Positions 60,798-64,000 of a stretch of 64,000 bases of DNA are shown here, in pieces (the stretch's first letter is position 1; the number at the start of each line of letters is the position of its first letter). Origin of the DNA: the human T2T-CHM13v2.0 reference genome, Homo sapiens; NCBI RefSeq assembly GCF_009914755.1, contig NC_060942.1; one strand, 5' to 3'. The position numbers and the translations under genes are program-made. The notes beneath the pieces are model-generated. The model was not told where the DNA came from. It was given only the letters and a program-made list of their open reading frames with translations, and searched no databases.

Positions 60798-63700
60798 AAA
60801 GAGAGAGGAAAGAAAGAGAAAAAGAAAAGAAATAGTAGCAACTGTTATTGTAAGACATCTCCACACACCAGAGAAGTTAATTTTAATTTTAACATGTTAA
60901 GAACAGAGAGAAGCCAACATGTCCACCTTAGGCTGACGGTTTGTTTATTTGTGTTGTTGCTGGTAGTCGGGTTTGTTATTTTTAAAGTAGCTTATCCAAT
61001 ACTTCATTAACAATTTCAGTAAGTTATTTCATCTTTCAACATAAATACGCACAAGGATTTCTTCTGGTCAAGACCAAACTAATATTAGTCCATAGTAGGA
61101 GCTAATACTATCACATTTACTAAGTATTCTATTTGCAATTTGACTGTAGCCCATAGCCTTTTGTCGGCTAAAGTGAGCTTAATGCTGATCAGGTAAATTA
61201 AAAATTATAGTTAATTAAAAGGGCATAAATGTTACCTGACTCAATAAGTCATTTCAATTAGGTCTGTTATCACAAGTTCTTGACACATGTAATTAAGAAA
61301 GCTAAGCTACAGGTCACTCTTTGATGATGTTTAAGCTGCAGTTCTGATTATCTTCAAACTGCGATTCCAATCCAGAGTTGTAACTAGCAGTTATTTCTCT
61401 CATGGACCAAAAGATCAGAATTTTCCCTGGAAGTTTATCAGAAATGCTTTCAAGTTTCAAAATACTTGCCTGAAGTATCCTATAGTGGCCTTGAAAACGA
61501 TCTGTCCAAATACCCAGTTTAACCCATGGTTTAAGAAATAAAGAAAGTTGACTTCATTTATTTGTCTTTTTTCCCTCCTAAATGGCAGTTTGATTTGTAA
61601 AGCACGGCAATGGAATGAAAATCTTATTTTCAAGGTCAGCTTTAACAAGCATTCAATATCTCAAATGCCATTACACATTTTACTTACTCAAAACACCAAA
61701 AAGTCATCAACACGACCCTCCCAAAATCTACTAATGACTTCTGTGAAAGGCACTGAATCTTTGTAATTAGACAAAGTAAGATCATGTATGTCAAAATATA
61801 GGCCCTGGTTCACAGAAAATGCTTAATAAATAGCAGTAAATATATATAGATATATATATCATAATAGCACAAGTTGAATGTGCAGGGTCCATGTAAGCTA
61901 AATTTATTATCCCATTTTAGCTGAACAGATTTTAGAACATTCAGTGATTCCATTCCATTTTGTAAATTACTGATCTGTACCAATTCAAAAATTCTTCTGA
62001 AACTCAATTCCCAGGCATTTGGCTTTTGTTCCTGGGATTTCCACTGCTTTAGAGAATCCAGCTTTAATGGGCTTCTTTCTGAGAAATTCTCCATTGGTTC
62101 TGAGAAGTACTTCTATTGAATGCTCCATTTAATTTCATTTTGCAATTAATGAAACTTTCAAGACCTATTTCCCCTCTTTTGAAAAATTTCTAGTTATTTT
62201 TTTCTTGCCTTTTGGGTAATTAGGAGCAGCAAACTACTTCCACTAAGAACTAAAGGCAGTAAGTATGGCAACAAAAATACCAAATGTCAAAACAAATGTC
62301 ATTTTCCGAGTTCTGAAACGCCCATCTCTCAGAATTAAAAACATTCCATGTCACCTCTACGGGTCTTTGGTTGCTAGCTCTCAAATGGATTCACGTTCTG
62401 ATTTCAGTAAAATTCAACCAAAAGCTTTTAGGGTTTTTAATCTTCCTTGACAAAAATACTTAACCTTCTCCAGCCTGGGAGGTACCGTCTTTTCCTGCCT
62501 GTGAAACTCTACCAGTTTGGTAATAAAACAAACCACTAATTTGTTTATTATTCTTAGCCTAAAGATGTTTGCGTGGCTAGCTGAGTACAAATGTACTGTA
62601 TCTGCGCTTCTTCTTTTTAAAGTTTTAAACAAATAATCACTGAACAAAATCAGCCAGGAATGATCTTCTGCTCATGGGAACCGTATCCCAACCCAGAACC
62701 ACACGCAGAAGAGTGCAGGGCCTCGAGGTCTGTTATCTCACCAAATAACTTTCCCTATGTGGTGAAAAACTGGTTAAATCACTTTTCCAGCGATCCCGGA
62801 ATTTTCAGTTCAATTCTATCCCTCCTAAGTCACCAGGGCCTCTTTGGTAATGGATGAAACCATGAAGTTTGGTTCAGAGGAAGCAAAGACACATTCAAAT
62901 GTGAGACTCAACTGCTCCCCGAGGATTCTTCCTGCTTCCTAGTTTTAGGTAGATCAAGAGCACTTTTAAAATAAACTTGGCGTTTGTTTCCTATTCCAAT
63001 GGAAAATCTGACTGGAGACTCCACAGCGACAGCAAAGAACCCTTACTTTTCTGGACAATCAAAATCCGGCTTTTGTCACTCTAACTGCAGCAGGTCAGCA
63101 CACAGGGTACCAGTGTGTCCCTGAGCGCGCTGACGAATGGATATGGTGCTGGCAGCCTTGGCCTGGGGGCACTTCTGAGGAGCTTTAAAAAATACTAATT
63201 CCTGGGTTCCCCTCTCCAGCCCAGATATTTTTATTAAATTGGTCTGAGATGTGGCCTGGGTGGCAGGATTTATAACACTTCCTGGATGATGTTAATGGAA
63301 GCCCTTTGAGGTAGAAGAAGGTAGACAGGACTGACTGGGAGCGCATCATCAACCACCTCTGCCTCCCCACTAAGAAGTCTAAGAATACCCCAAAATAGGG
63401 GTGCAGTGGTTGAGGAGAAAAGAGAGGAAGTCACGTATACTTTTGCAGGCTTTCATGCAAGGACCCAAGTGTGTGTGCTAAGCACAGTCCCCAAACAGGG
63501 GACCCCAGAAGTCCTATTCCTAAGATCTGAATTGCACCAAAGGTAGAGAGACTCTTCCTGGGGTTATTTGAAACAAGGCAGACTTTGCCTGGCATGTATG
63601 CGCCAGACCCAGCCTCTGCAGTGCTTATGTGGCAATGCTTAAGCAGCTCCCAGCACTCGACAGGGTACTTTAAACAACTTCATTAGTTTGAAATTTTAAA

Positions 63701-64000
63701 TCCAAAAAAAGCTACCTTCAAATGTATGACTCAAGAGCATAAAATTTCAGAGCAGAGAACACCGCCAGGCTAGTAGGTGAAGCATCTTATTTTTAAATGG
63801 CAAGGGGGAACCTTGAGTAAATATTTGGTTGCAATGTATTCCAGGGGTGGGGGGTTTGGACGGAGAGGAACCACTGGTTTTTATTCAAAAATCCTCCTCC
63901 CGCTGGGCCCAGGTCAGGCCTACACAGCTCTGGCTACAGACTGTGAGAATCCTGGAAGGCTCCAGGGGCTGGCTCCCACCATGCTCCACTCCAGCAAGGG

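Overview
Human (or near-human) genomic DNA with no protein-coding exon. The window can be placed because 60686-60974 holds the forensic STR D18S51: both commonly used primer sites match as I recall them, flanking 14 AGAA units. That puts the window in the large intron of BCL2 (18q21.33), transcribed on the minus strand. Content is typical intronic patchwork: about 20 Alu copies, ancient degraded L1s (nearly all antisense to BCL2), two 5'-truncated primate L1 3' ends, MaLR and ERV1 solo LTRs, L2, MIR and MER DNA transposons. All ORFs in the track are repeat-derived or chance. I found no new gene system. The most unusual structures are: a near-perfect 134-bp inverted duplication (14455-14902); a TSD-flanked, A-tailed retroposed piece of non-coding DNA inserted in an old L1 (8121-8909); two short locally templated insertions (1783-1864, 7126-7184); a closely spaced tail-to-tail Alu pair; a trimeric Alu; and candidate enhancer motif clusters, notably ERE/GATA/FOXA near 20.4-20.7 kb. 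Repeat subfamily names and the locus assignment come from memory of consensus sequences, not from a search, and old-repeat boundaries are approximate.
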